Of a DNA stretch of 64,000 nucleotides, positions 28,696 through 38,425 are shown piece by piece (within the stretch, counting starts at the first letter, position 1; every line of letters begins with the position of its first letter). The notes under the pieces are model-generated. The model ran no database searches, was not told where the DNA came from, and saw only the letters and a list, made by a program, of their open reading frames with translations. This DNA is from an uncultured Prolixibacteraceae bacterium. Lineage in GTDB: Bacteria; Bacteroidota; Bacteroidia; Bacteroidales; FEN-979. Position numbers and translations under genes: made by a program. The stretch covers positions 8,312 to 72,311 of the forward strand of contig CAYSAU010000015.1 in the NCBI GenBank assembly GCA_964429135.1, given 5' to 3'.

Positions 28696-30642
28696 CTATT
28701 TCAAAATCACCATTTTTTTGATGCTAGAAAATTTACCGGCCTCCAATTTTAGGTAATAAATACCTGCATTGAGAGAATCATTGGAGTACAGGAACTGATA
28801 GTGGCCTGACTCGTGTTTGCGATGAACAAGGGTTTCAATGAGCTGACCCTTGTTGTCCAGAATGGAAATATCCACTTCGCCGGGAGTCCCAACCTGGTAT
28901 TCGATAAGGGTGGATTGTGTAAACGGATTGGGAGTGTTTTGTTTTAATTCGGTTTTCTCAGGTGCAGAATTCATCCCAGTCCCTACGATCAGGGTGGCAT
29001 TTTTTAAGAGGATATTTCTTTGTGGATCAAAAATCACATTCACCGGCTGTTTCTGAAAAAGAAATTCGAAACTTTGAGGGTCTTGATCATTCATAACCTG
29101 GATTAAGGTGTCGGTGGCATCTGTGAATTCAATCTGAATTTCCACCGGCATTTTAAAGAAAACCGTATTGGTCTGTGTCTGATCAATCAGGAATGTTACT
29201 TTCCAGCTTCCATTTCCACAATAGTCTATCCCATAAATATTCTCATATTTCGGATGGTTGGGCTCATAAATCCATTGATCAAAAAACCAATTCATATCCT
29301 GTCCCGTTACTGAATTGACTTTACCGATGAAATCGAGGGTCACCGCATTGTTATAGGTAAAGTTTGTATCTGTGGCGTAATCATACATAATACTGAAGAA
29401 CAAGGAATCACCGAGCACATAACGTAACTGAAAGAGCACACAGGCAGCTTTGTTATACGTCAATGCTGTGGAGTAAAGAAGATTGGCATTCGGAGTCTGT
29501 ACCGCCCAGAGGGGATTATATATCGGAATACCTGGATTACTTGACAGATAATTATTCGCAATCTGGTTCATCTCTGATTTGTAAAACTCATACCCATTGC
29601 TTTTTTCTCTATAAAGTTTCTGACAATATGTGGCAAATCCTTCATTTAGCCATATATCTGCCCAGGTCCCACAGGTGATCAAATCTCCGAACCATTGGTG
29701 GGAATGTTCATGAGCAATGAGATCAATATTTGAATAACCTCCAGGCATAAGATTGACCATGGTCTGGTTTTCCATTCCTCCCCATGGGAACGAGCTGCTC
29801 AATGTTGCAAAACCAATCTTTTCAAAAGGATATTCTCCGAATTTTTCAGCATAAAAATTCGTGATATCCCCGATACAGCTATTTGCAATGCTTAGATTTT
29901 CACCTGCTTTATAATATAACCATACCGGAACACTATCGTTGGGGTTATCCAGATGGAGCCAGTATGTTTTCTGGATCAGAAAATTCATTTTGGAGGAGAT
30001 GGTAAAAAGATAGGTAGATGCGGGATGGTTACTGATCCAATGATACCATATCGTGTCTGCAATGATTGTGGAATCGGCCAGCAAACCAATAGAACCCAGC
30101 CTCACGTTCATTGGAACTTTGGCCGTAACCTCCCATTTGGCCTTATCCGAAGGCCTGTCCCAGCATGGCATTACTTTTCTTGCACCTTCCGGCGGGAAGT
30201 CAGTAAACACATAACCCCCTGAAGCATAAAAGGCCTGGTCAAAAATATTTTTATGATGGTAATATATTTTTATACTCAGAAATTCTCCAGGCTGGTAAGT
30301 CCTGTTTAATTGTACTGAAAGGATATTCTGTTCATGGGTAAATGAAACCCCTGCTAAGCAAACCGAATCGATGTCAAGCGAAGTATTGACCGCGTTGAGT
30401 GTAATGGAATTTAAAGCTGAATCAACCCTGAGATCTATCATTATTCCGGCTGAAAAATTTTTCGGGTAAGGAACCGAATAGCAGGAGTAAAGATCAAGAT
30501 TCAAGGTGTATTTTTGAACATCATAACTGTGCTTCATATAATAATGTGCAGTATCCACAGTGACTTGTCCTGATCCTGTTCTGACCAAGATCATTAACAT
30601 ACCCAGGGTCAACCAAAAGACCGTTAGAATTGCATATTTCAT
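28696..30642 (-). CDS. M1-family zinc aminopeptidase with T9SS C-terminal sorting domain
   Basis: GGMEN exopeptidase motif and HEHSHQWFGD-x18-E (WLNEGFATY) gluzincin site. The C-terminus (NTPNPF...GIYYLKLEAGKFSSIKKMVILK) is type-A T9SS CTD-like. The start was trimmed to ATG 30642 (MKYAILTVFWL signal sequence), because the track start overlaps the upstream paralog. Confidence 0.8.
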   Translation of the reverse strand: MKYAILTVFWLTLGMLMILVRTGSGQVTVDTAHYYMKHSYDVQKYTLNLDLYSCYSVPYPKNFSAGIMIDLRVDSALNSITLNAVNTSLDIDSVCLAGVSFTHEQNILSVQLNRTYQPGEFLSIKIYYHHKNIFDQAFYASGGYVFTDFPPEGARKVMPCWDRPSDKAKWEVTAKVPMNVRLGSIGLLADSTIIADTIWYHWISNHPASTYLFTISSKMNFLIQKTYWLHLDNPNDSVPVWLYYKAGENLSIANSCIGDITNFYAEKFGEYPFEKIGFATLSSSFPWGGMENQTMVNLMPGGYSNIDLIAHEHSHQWFGDLITCGTWADIWLNEGFATYCQKLYREKSNGYEFYKSEMNQIANNYLSSNPGIPIYNPLWAVQTPNANLLYSTALTYNKAACVLFQLRYVLGDSLFFSIMYDYATDTNFTYNNAVTLDFIGKVNSVTGQDMNWFFDQWIYEPNHPKYENIYGIDYCGNGSWKVTFLIDQTQTNTVFFKMPVEIQIEFTDATDTLIQVMNDQDPQSFEFLFQKQPVNVIFDPQRNILLKNATLIVGTGMNSAPEKTELKQNTPNPFTQSTLIEYQVGTPGEVDISILDNKGQLIETLVHRKHESGHYQFLYSNDSLNAGIYYLKLEAGKFSSIKKMVILK

Positions 30643-30662
30643 ATAAAGGTTTTTAAAATCAG

Positions 30663-32663
30663 TTATTGACTGATAATCATCCTGTTCGTTCTTACCTGGT
30701 CTTCTGTCTTCAGGCGATAAAAATAAACCCCAGGGAAAAGTCCTATGCAATCCACATCAATGAAATGTTTGCCAGTCTCTTTATATTGAACAAGTGGGAT
30801 TTTCAAAATTCTACCTAAACCATCAATAATTTCAATCCTGACCTGGCAGGGTTGATCAATAGAATAATAAATCCTTGTCATTCCATGGACAGGGTTGGGA
30901 TAATTCTGAAATAATGCTTCTTGATCTCCTTGAGGAAGAATCCCGGGTTCTCCGACAATGGTATTGGCGGATTTTAAAACGATATTTTTATTGGGGTCAA
31001 ACAATAACATGATGGGCTTTTTATTGAATATCCAGCTATATTGCTGGTAATTAGCTTCATTCATGACACGGAAAAGGGTGTCGGTGTAATCCTCATACTT
31101 GATTTTAATTTCTATTGGCATCTTGAAAAATGAAGGACTTGACTGGGTCTGTTCAACAAAAAAGTTGACCTGCCACTGGTCATTACCAAGTTCATGAATA
31201 TTATAGGTGTTATGGTAAGAAGGGTGATTGGGTAAAAAGATCCATTCATTGAAAAACCAATTATAATCGTCATTGCAGACATCGTTGACGATATCCATAA
31301 AATCGTTGATCACCGCCGATTTATATCTGAGGTTGGTGTCGGCACAATAGGTCTTTAAAACGGAGAAAAACAATGAATCACCCAGAACATATCGGAGCTG
31401 ATGAATAACACAGGCACCCTTGGCGTATGTTATCGCATAATTAAAAAGTGTATTGGAATTGGGTGTGGTCACAGCCCAGGAGGGGACAGAAATGGCCCAA
31501 CCGGGATTAGAAGCGAGATAATCATTTGCATATTGATTGATCTGTGACTTGTAGGCAGGATAACCCCCATAATTTTCATACCAGAAGGCTTCACTCCAGG
31601 TAGCAAAACCTTCATTTATCCAGATATCTGCCCAAGTTGCACAGGTAATCATATCCCCAAACCATTGATGGGCAAACTCATGGGCAACCAGTCCTTCCTG
31701 CCATCCGTAGGGTCGAAGGCTTGTCAGTGTCTGATTTTCCATTCCCCCCCAGCCAAACTGATTATTAAGGGAGGCAAAACCATTCTTCGTAAACGGGTGC
31801 TCACAGAAATTTTCCGAATACCAATTGGTCATCGGAACAATCATATCCTTAATCACCCCTGGATTTTCTCCCGAATTGTAGTAAAACCTTATCGGAACAC
31901 TATCGGCGGGATTACTGAGCTTATGCCAATATACAATATCCAGGTTATAATTTACCTTAGAGGTAATAACCGTCAGGTAAGTAGCTACATTCTCCTCACT
32001 TACCCAATGATAAGTCAGGGTATCCCCGTTTCCAGAAAATGTCGAGTCAATAAGGCTGCCATTAGAACCTAGCTTTACATTCCAGGGTACTTTGGCGTAT
32101 AATTCTACCTTGGCTTTATCTGATGGTTTATCCCAGCAAGGGAACCATTTTCTCGCCCCCTCTGGTTCGCAATCAGTGAAAACAAATCCTCCGCTTGAAT
32201 AAAAAGCATAATCCTCCACATCTTTATGCGTATAAAATACTTTAACAGTTGCCGTTTCACCCGGGTAATACTGGCGGTCGAGTGCAATACTGAGCATATT
32301 CCCAGAATGCGTAAAGGATGCCCCCGCCAGCCTTACCGAATCAATAATCAGGGATGAATTTGTTGCATTCAGCATGATAGCATTGAGGCTTGAATCAACC
32401 CTGAAGGTTATGGTATTGGAACCTTTGAAACTATTGGGATAAGTTCCTGTATAACAGGAAAATAAATTAAGATTCAAGGAATAGCTTAAAACATCAAACG
32501 CATGGGAAGGACCACTTTCAGGGGAGGCTGGTCGTGAAGGGATATTTTGAAGCATTGATTTTCTTAATGAACATTCCCTGGCTCCATCGGTGAAGTTTGT
32601 CTGGGCATAACAAAAAAAATGAAGAAAGAAAGAAATGAAGAAAGGGAGAAAAAATGTTTTCAT
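30663..32663 (-). CDS. M1-family zinc aminopeptidase with T9SS C-terminal sorting domain (tandem paralog)
   Basis: Signal peptide, GGMEN, HEFAHQWFGD...WINEGFATW, and a C-terminal NYPNPV...GVYFYRLKTEDQVRTNRMIISQ CTD. Long colinear similarity to the downstream gene, for example SGGFVFTDCEPEGARKWFPCWDKPSDKAK versus SGGYVFTDFPPEGARKVMPCWDRPSDKAK. Confidence 0.8.
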   Translation of the reverse strand: MKTFFLPFFISFFLHFFCYAQTNFTDGARECSLRKSMLQNIPSRPASPESGPSHAFDVLSYSLNLNLFSCYTGTYPNSFKGSNTITFRVDSSLNAIMLNATNSSLIIDSVRLAGASFTHSGNMLSIALDRQYYPGETATVKVFYTHKDVEDYAFYSSGGFVFTDCEPEGARKWFPCWDKPSDKAKVELYAKVPWNVKLGSNGSLIDSTFSGNGDTLTYHWVSEENVATYLTVITSKVNYNLDIVYWHKLSNPADSVPIRFYYNSGENPGVIKDMIVPMTNWYSENFCEHPFTKNGFASLNNQFGWGGMENQTLTSLRPYGWQEGLVAHEFAHQWFGDMITCATWADIWINEGFATWSEAFWYENYGGYPAYKSQINQYANDYLASNPGWAISVPSWAVTTPNSNTLFNYAITYAKGACVIHQLRYVLGDSLFFSVLKTYCADTNLRYKSAVINDFMDIVNDVCNDDYNWFFNEWIFLPNHPSYHNTYNIHELGNDQWQVNFFVEQTQSSPSFFKMPIEIKIKYEDYTDTLFRVMNEANYQQYSWIFNKKPIMLLFDPNKNIVLKSANTIVGEPGILPQGDQEALFQNYPNPVHGMTRIYYSIDQPCQVRIEIIDGLGRILKIPLVQYKETGKHFIDVDCIGLFPGVYFYRLKTEDQVRTNRMIISQ

Positions 32664-32681
32664 GATGTAATGGTTAATTTA

Positions 32682-32689
32682 CAAAGGTA
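32682..32689 (-). promoter_or_regulatory. -7 promoter box TACCTTTG for the M1 peptidase pair
   Basis: Plus-strand CAAAGGTA, 18 nt upstream of ATG 32663 on the minus strand. Confidence 0.5.
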
Positions 32690-32740
32690 CATGAAAATCT
32701 TATAGGGGTATCAAAGGACTTCCTGATAAGAAAAAAAAAG

Positions 32741-32748
32741 TAATTTTG
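32741..32748 (+). promoter_or_regulatory. -7 promoter box TAATTTTG
   Basis: Exact consensus match, 9 nt before ATG 32758 (SBP lipoprotein), preceded by an A9 tract. Confidence 0.5.
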
Positions 32749-32757
32749 CCTCATATC

Positions 32758-34395
32758 ATGAAAGGTTCGAGCAGCATCACCATACTCGTTTTTCTTATTC
32801 TTTTTTCTTGTAATCATAAACACGGGAATGAAGGAAAAAGCGTATTCAGGTATAATGAACCGGCGAACATCACCACCCTTGATCCGGGATTTGCCAGGGA
32901 TCAATCCACAATATGGGTAACCCATCAGCTATTTAATGGTTTAGTGCAGCTTGACGATAAACTGGAAGTACTTCCCTGTATTGCAAAATCATGGGAAATA
33001 TCCTGTGACGGCTGCACTTATACTTTTCACCTTCGTAGAGATGTTTTATTCCATGATAATCCATGTTTCAAATCAGGTAAAGGAAGAAAAGTCAACGCTC
33101 TTGATGTTAAGTATAGCTTTAACCGAATAATCGATGAAAAAACGGCTTCTCCCGGGGCATGGATTTTTGCGAATGTGGATATCGATAAGGATGGCGAAAA
33201 AGCATTTCATGCCATCAATGACTCAACATTCTCAATCAGATTGAAAAAAGCATTTCCACCCTTTCTCGGACTTCTGACCATGCAATATTGCTCCGTGATG
33301 CCCGAAGAAGCCATTTCTTATTATGGCAGTGATATCAGAAGAAATCCTGTCGGCACAGGCCCTTTTAATTTGAAAATGTGGAAAGAAGGAGTGAAACTGA
33401 TATTGGTGAAAAACAGAAAGTACTTTGAAACAGAGGATGGAAAACAACTTCCATACCTTGATGCGGTGGCCATCACTTTCGTGTCAGATAAGCAATCTGC
33501 ATTTCTGGAATTTATCAAGGGCAAACTGGATTTTATGTCGGGAATAGATCCTACCTATAAAGATGAATTACTTACTCCTCAGGGAGATCTTAAAGAAAAA
33601 TATACCAAAGAAATCCAGCTCATTGCCCAACCTTATTTAAATACGGAATATCTTGGTTTTATGATGGATAGCTTGAACCCGGTAATGAAAAACAATCCGT
33701 TAAAAAGAAAAAAAATCCGACAAGCGATTAATTATTCCTTTGATCGCCGAAAAATGATACGTTACTTGAGAAATGGAATCGGAACCCCAGGTGTCAATGG
33801 CATTATCCCAGAAGGTTTTCCTTCCTTTGACGCGGCGAATTTGTTTTATGATTATAACCCCAGACAAGCGATGCAGTTGTTGAAAGAAGCCGGATATCCA
33901 TTTGGAAGGGGGCTTAGCCCGATAACCCTTACTTCAACCCCCGACTACCTGGATATTTGCAAATTTATTCAGTCTCAGGCAGGTGAGCTTGGAATTGAGA
34001 TCAACATTGAAGTCAGTCCTCCGGCGGCTGTTAAGGAAATGAAAGCCCAGGCAAAATTACCCTTTTACAGGGCTTCATGGATTGCTGATTACCCAGATGC
34101 CGAAAATTATTTATCCCTGTTCTACAGCAAGAACTTTTGTCCCAAGGGACCAAATTATACTCATTTTTCTGATCCTACCTTCGACGAACTTTATGAAAAA
34201 GCTTTATCGGTCATTGACGACAGTCTGAGGATAATCTATTATCGCGAAATGGAAAAAATACTCATGCGTGATTCCCCGGTAATCATTCTGTATTATGACA
34301 GGGTATTAAGGTTTGTGAGGAAAAATATCCATGGATTAGGTAGCAATCCCATGAATCTGTTGACATTAAAAAGGGTCAGGAAAACTATACAGTAA
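32758..34395 (+). CDS. ABC transporter substrate-binding lipoprotein, family 5 (peptide/nickel type)
   Basis: Lipobox-like LILFSC followed by a family-5 SBP core (TLDPGFA...LFNGLV, KSWEIS.DG.TYTFHLR..V.FHD, GTGPF). The track start, TTG 32746, lies inside the TAATTTTG box, so ATG 32758 was chosen. Confidence 0.75.
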   Translation: MKGSSSITILVFLILFSCNHKHGNEGKSVFRYNEPANITTLDPGFARDQSTIWVTHQLFNGLVQLDDKLEVLPCIAKSWEISCDGCTYTFHLRRDVLFHDNPCFKSGKGRKVNALDVKYSFNRIIDEKTASPGAWIFANVDIDKDGEKAFHAINDSTFSIRLKKAFPPFLGLLTMQYCSVMPEEAISYYGSDIRRNPVGTGPFNLKMWKEGVKLILVKNRKYFETEDGKQLPYLDAVAITFVSDKQSAFLEFIKGKLDFMSGIDPTYKDELLTPQGDLKEKYTKEIQLIAQPYLNTEYLGFMMDSLNPVMKNNPLKRKKIRQAINYSFDRRKMIRYLRNGIGTPGVNGIIPEGFPSFDAANLFYDYNPRQAMQLLKEAGYPFGRGLSPITLTSTPDYLDICKFIQSQAGELGIEINIEVSPPAAVKEMKAQAKLPFYRASWIADYPDAENYLSLFYSKNFCPKGPNYTHFSDPTFDELYEKALSVIDDSLRIIYYREMEKILMRDSPVIILYYDRVLRFVRKNIHGLGSNPMNLLTLKRVRKTIQ

Positions 34396-35152
34396 TGTTT
34401 AGTCCATCGTAAGCAAGCTGGACATTAACAGGCAGCCTTGCATTTACTTCTTCGTGTTTTCCCATCTGATGACTGATATGCGTGAGATAACCGCGTTCCG
34501 GATTAAATTCCTTCATAAGGGTCAAGGCTTCTTCAAGATTGAAATGGGAGTAATGCTTCTTTATTCTCAATGCATTTAACACCAAAACCTTACTACCGTA
34601 TATTTTTTGTTTTTCATGTTCCGGAATGTGGACGGCATCAGTCAGGTAAGTGAAATCTTGAATTCGGAATCCGTAAACATACTGATCCCGGTTAAAATGG
34701 TAAGCCATGATGGGAATGACAGAAATATCCTGAACTTGGAAAGGTTCATTTCGAAATTCAATAAGGTTAATTTCCGGGACACCCGGATATGGATTTTTCT
34801 CAAATGCATAGGAAAACTCTCTTTGTATGACACCGTAAGCCGGTTGTCCAACATATACATCGGTCGGTCTCTGCAGTATATAATTGAATGCCCTGACATC
34901 ATCCAGTCCTCCGATATGGTCTTTATGCCCATGGGTAACCAGGATGGCATCAATCCGGTCTGTTTTCTCCCTGAGCATTTGCTGTCTGAAATCAGGGCCG
35001 CAATCCACGACAATGCGCTTATCCCCATGGTGAATCAGGATGGATGATCTTAATCTTTTATCCCTGAAATCGGAAGAACCGCATACAGGGCAATGACAGG
35101 CAATGACAGGAACACCCTGGGAAGTTCCTGTGCCTAAAAATATGATCTGCAT
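34385..35152 (-). CDS. MBL-fold metallo-hydrolase (PhnP/ElaC-like)
   Basis: 255 aa. FLGTGTSQGVP, a CHCPVC zinc-knuckle-like insert, and THGHKDHIGG (HxHxDH). Confidence 0.75.
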   Translation of the reverse strand: MQIIFLGTGTSQGVPVIACHCPVCGSSDFRDKRLRSSILIHHGDKRIVVDCGPDFRQQMLREKTDRIDAILVTHGHKDHIGGLDDVRAFNYILQRPTDVYVGQPAYGVIQREFSYAFEKNPYPGVPEINLIEFRNEPFQVQDISVIPIMAYHFNRDQYVYGFRIQDFTYLTDAVHIPEHEKQKIYGSKVLVLNALRIKKHYSHFNLEEALTLMKEFNPERGYLTHISHQMGKHEEVNARLPVNVQLAYDGLNITV

Positions 35153-35171
35153 CCTGAATATGATTTTTCGT

Positions 35172-35179
35172 CAAAATTA
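35172..35179 (-). promoter_or_regulatory. -7 promoter box TAATTTTG for the MBL hydrolase gene
   Basis: Plus-strand CAAAATTA, 19 nt upstream of ATG 35152 on the minus strand. Confidence 0.5.
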
Positions 35180-35212
35180 TACATTTCAAGGATATCTGAT
35201 TGGGGAAAATAG

Positions 35213-35220
35213 TAACTTTG
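35213..35220 (+). promoter_or_regulatory. -7 promoter box TAACTTTG
   Basis: Exact consensus match, 28 nt before ATG 35249 (hypothetical-dapA-carboxypeptidase run). Confidence 0.5.
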
Positions 35221-35248
35221 CAAGATCAAAAGACTGATAAACGTTATC

Positions 35249-35809
35249 ATGCTTGGAGCTATTCGTAGACGTATAGGAATTTACGCTTTCATGAAAGAAG
35301 TATCACATCATACGCGTCAGAAACGAATGGTGAACCTGATGGATGCAAAGCATATTGGAGTTATTTACACGCTTGAGGATGTTCCTGATTATGAAAAAGT
35401 TTCGGAATTTGTCGCCGAATTGCAGCATGATCATAAAGAAGTGAAGGCACTTGGCTTTGTTAAGAACCGTGAATTGATCTCCCGTTTCCTCCCCAGACTT
35501 TCCTTCGACTTTTTTTCAAAAAAAGACATGACCTGGTTTTATAAACCTATACATGCCACAGTCAGAGATTTTATTGCAAGGGAATTTGATATCCTGATTG
35601 ATCTGAGCCTCCAGGATAGTTTCCCTCTTAGATATATCTGCGGCTTGTCTAAGTCATGCTGTAAAGTCGGTCGTTTTTCAGAAGAGAATGCCAAGTACTA
35701 TGATTTAATGATTGATCCTAAAGCAAATGTCGGTTTTGATGAATACCTGGGATATGTAAAACACTATCTAACCATAATTAACCGTGAAAAAGGGATTGAA
35801 AAATATTAA
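35249..35809 (+). CDS. Conserved hypothetical protein upstream of dapA
   Basis: 186-aa ORF preceded by a TAACTTTG box. Its 3' end overlaps the predicted dapA start. No motif recognised. Confidence 0.5.
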   Translation: MLGAIRRRIGIYAFMKEVSHHTRQKRMVNLMDAKHIGVIYTLEDVPDYEKVSEFVAELQHDHKEVKALGFVKNRELISRFLPRLSFDFFSKKDMTWFYKPIHATVRDFIAREFDILIDLSLQDSFPLRYICGLSKSCCKVGRFSEENAKYYDLMIDPKANVGFDEYLGYVKHYLTIINREKGIEKY

Positions 35810-36680
35810 GGGAACCGGTGTTGCACTGATCACTCCTTTTAAAAAGTCAGGTGCCATTGATTTTGATGCCTGCGAAAAAATTCTTGACCATGTGATTGAC
35901 GGAGGAGTGGATTTTGTTGTTATTCTTGGCACCACTGGGGAAGCTTCAACCCTTTCCAAACAGGAAAAGAAAGCCCTGATTGAATTTTCGGTTTTAAAGG
36001 TAAATCACAGGGTGCCGGTGGTTGTTGGTATTGGTGGTAATTCCACGTCCGATGTTGTTTTAAATATTCATGCTACACCCTTTAAAGATATAGCCGCTAT
36101 TTTATCTGTATCTCCATACTATAATAAGCCCCAGCAGGAGGGAATCTATCTTCATTTTAAAACCATTGCAGAGGCTAGTCCTGTGCCGGTAATCCTTTAT
36201 ACTGTTCCAGGCCGAACAGGCAGCAACATCAGTGCATCTACAACAATCAGGCTGGCCTGTGAAGTTCCCAATATTTTAGGGATAAAGGAAGCTTCCGGCA
36301 ATTTTGATCAGATTTACCAGGTGATCAAAAATAAGCCCAAAGATTTTCTCGTATTTTCAGGTGATGATGGGTTAACTCTGCCATTGTTGTCCGCCGGTGC
36401 CGATGGTGTGATCTCTGTAGTAGCTAACGCTTACCCTCGGATTTTTTCTGAAATGGTACGTAAAGGCTTGAAGGGTGAGTTTGAAGAAGCCAGGGAATTA
36501 CATTACCGCTTAATTGATTTAATCAATACCCTTTTCCTTGATGGCAGTCCTTCAGGAATCAAAGCCGGGCTGAATATTATGGGACTCTGCCAGAATCTGT
36601 TAAGATTACCCCTTGTTCCTGTGAAAAAGGATGTTTATAAACAAATTAAATGGATCATTGATAATATGGATCACTTATGA
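35784..36680 (+). CDS. dapA: 4-hydroxy-tetrahydrodipicolinate synthase
   Basis: GTGVALITPF, GTTGEASTLS, YNKP, and the GIKEASG active-site lysine region. The GTG start at 35784 is uncertain; TTG 35796 is an alternative. Confidence 0.88.
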   Translation: MKKGLKNIKGTGVALITPFKKSGAIDFDACEKILDHVIDGGVDFVVILGTTGEASTLSKQEKKALIEFSVLKVNHRVPVVVGIGGNSTSDVVLNIHATPFKDIAAILSVSPYYNKPQQEGIYLHFKTIAEASPVPVILYTVPGRTGSNISASTTIRLACEVPNILGIKEASGNFDQIYQVIKNKPKDFLVFSGDDGLTLPLLSAGADGVISVVANAYPRIFSEMVRKGLKGEFEEARELHYRLIDLINTLFLDGSPSGIKAGLNIMGLCQNLLRLPLVPVKKDVYKQIKWIIDNMDHL

Positions 36681-38398
36681 AACTGCTACTGGTCATTCTG
36701 CTAACCTTGTCTTTATCGCTTTTTACACTTGATCTTTTCTCACAATCCATAGAACAGAAAACAACGGACAGTATTTTTAGGGACTGGGGAGAAGTTTATT
36801 TTAAATTTTCCCTGAACGACAGAAATGCGCTCGATCTATTGACAAGGACGATCTCTATTGATAATTACAAGGACCAGGAGGTTTATGCCTATGCTAACCG
36901 ATCTGAATTTGAATCTTTCCTAAGCCTGAATATTCCTTATACCATTCTTCCCAACCCTGGTGGTTTATTGCCTCTATCTGAGATACATCCGCAACTTATA
37001 GATGGTTTTTCGAAATCTGCCGGTTTGTGGAATTTCTATCCGACCTATCAGCAATACCTGGATACAATGCATTATTATGCAGCCACTTATCCTGAACTTT
37101 GCCGACTGGATACGATTGGAAGTACTCTTTTAGGAAGGAAAATCATTGCACTTAAGATTAGTGATTCTGTTAATGTTTCTGAAGCTGAACCTGAATTTTT
37201 TTATACTTCCAGCATTCATGGTGATGAAACAACAGCTTATGTACTTATGCTCCATCTTATCGACTCATTAGTCACTGGATATGGTGTCAGTCCAAGGATT
37301 ACCGAAATCGTCAACAATACAGAAATTTTCATTAACCCCCTCGCCAATCCTGACGGAACCTATCGCAATGGATCGACCATAACCAATCCTACCAGGGGTA
37401 ATTATGCCGGAGTTGACCTGAATCGAAACTTTCCTGATCCGGGAGGGGTAAATACGGGTGTAAAACAACCCGAAACCCTTGGATTTATGGACTATGCCAG
37501 CAATAACCATTTTGTTATGGCAGCCAATTTTCACGGGGGTATAGAAGTCTATAATTACCCTTGGGACCGCTGGTCGAAATTGACCCCGGATGACAACTGG
37601 TGGCGATATACTGGGAGAGAATATGCCGATACAGCACAAAAATATAGCCCCGCAGGGTATTTTGATGACCTTAGTAACGGAATAACCAATGGATATGCCT
37701 GGTATCAAATTTTTGGTGGAAGACAGGATTATATGAATTTCTTTCAACATTGCAGGGAAGTCACCATTGAGATTTCCACTGTTCATTTTTTACCTGCCTC
37801 TCAATTAATGGCTCATTGGAACTATAATTACCGCTCTTTCCTGAATTATATTGAGCAATCCAATTACGGATTTCAGGGTATCGTTACCGACACCGTGACC
37901 GGAGAGAAACTTCATGCAAAAGTCTTTGTACTTAATCACGATATTCAGAGTGACAGTACTTTCGTCTATTCCAAACTTCCATCTGGTTTCTATGCCCGCC
38001 CCATCAACCAGGGCACTTACAGTGTAACCTTTTCTGCAGCCGGATATTTCCCAAAAACTATCAATGATATCAATATCCAAAAAAGACAACAGCTACGCCT
38101 CGATGTGCAACTTCGTCCCCTGAACATTTCTCTGCCTGAAAACAGTATCCAAAAATTCATGATCTTTCCTAACCCTAATGAGGGCTGTTTTGATCTGCAT
38201 TTACCATACTGTGATGCGCAGGGTTGGTTGTTATCAATGATGGATATTACCGGCAAAATTCAATACCAGCAAAGAATTGAGGGTGACCAGATGGATGTCA
38301 AAATCAGTATAAATCGTAATGGTTTGCCGTCAGGCATGTATATTATACGGTTATCCAATACATCAAAAATTTTCCAGGATAAGCTTTTCTTGAGGTAA
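36677..38398 (+). CDS. M14-family zinc carboxypeptidase with T9SS C-terminal sorting domain
   Basis: Signal peptide, the HxxE zinc motif in SSIHGDETT, NPDG, and a later FHGG. The C-terminus (IFPNPNEGCFDL...GMYIIRLSN...KLFLR) is type-A CTD-like. The start overlaps the dapA stop (ATGA). Confidence 0.8.
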   Translation: MKLLLVILLTLSLSLFTLDLFSQSIEQKTTDSIFRDWGEVYFKFSLNDRNALDLLTRTISIDNYKDQEVYAYANRSEFESFLSLNIPYTILPNPGGLLPLSEIHPQLIDGFSKSAGLWNFYPTYQQYLDTMHYYAATYPELCRLDTIGSTLLGRKIIALKISDSVNVSEAEPEFFYTSSIHGDETTAYVLMLHLIDSLVTGYGVSPRITEIVNNTEIFINPLANPDGTYRNGSTITNPTRGNYAGVDLNRNFPDPGGVNTGVKQPETLGFMDYASNNHFVMAANFHGGIEVYNYPWDRWSKLTPDDNWWRYTGREYADTAQKYSPAGYFDDLSNGITNGYAWYQIFGGRQDYMNFFQHCREVTIEISTVHFLPASQLMAHWNYNYRSFLNYIEQSNYGFQGIVTDTVTGEKLHAKVFVLNHDIQSDSTFVYSKLPSGFYARPINQGTYSVTFSAAGYFPKTINDINIQKRQQLRLDVQLRPLNISLPENSIQKFMIFPNPNEGCFDLHLPYCDAQGWLLSMMDITGKIQYQQRIEGDQMDVKISINRNGLPSGMYIIRLSNTSKIFQDKLFLR

Positions 38399-38425
38399 TA
38401 TTGTTCCGGGATCTACTAAGAAATC

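Noticed and set aside
32731-32739. An A9 homopolymer immediately upstream of the SBP -7 box, as a slipped-strand phase-variation switch.
   Set aside because: This is pure speculation from a single sequence. A/T runs of 8-10 are common throughout this AT-rich window, including inside lon at about 27850, and there is no evidence of length heterogeneity.
35091-35110. Perfect 10-nt tandem duplication CAATGACAGG-CAATGACAGG.
   Set aside because: It lies within the MBL hydrolase CDS and reads in frame as ..VIACHCPVC.. (minus strand) without disrupting the ORF. It is a coincidence of the Cys/His-rich coding sequence rather than a repeat element.
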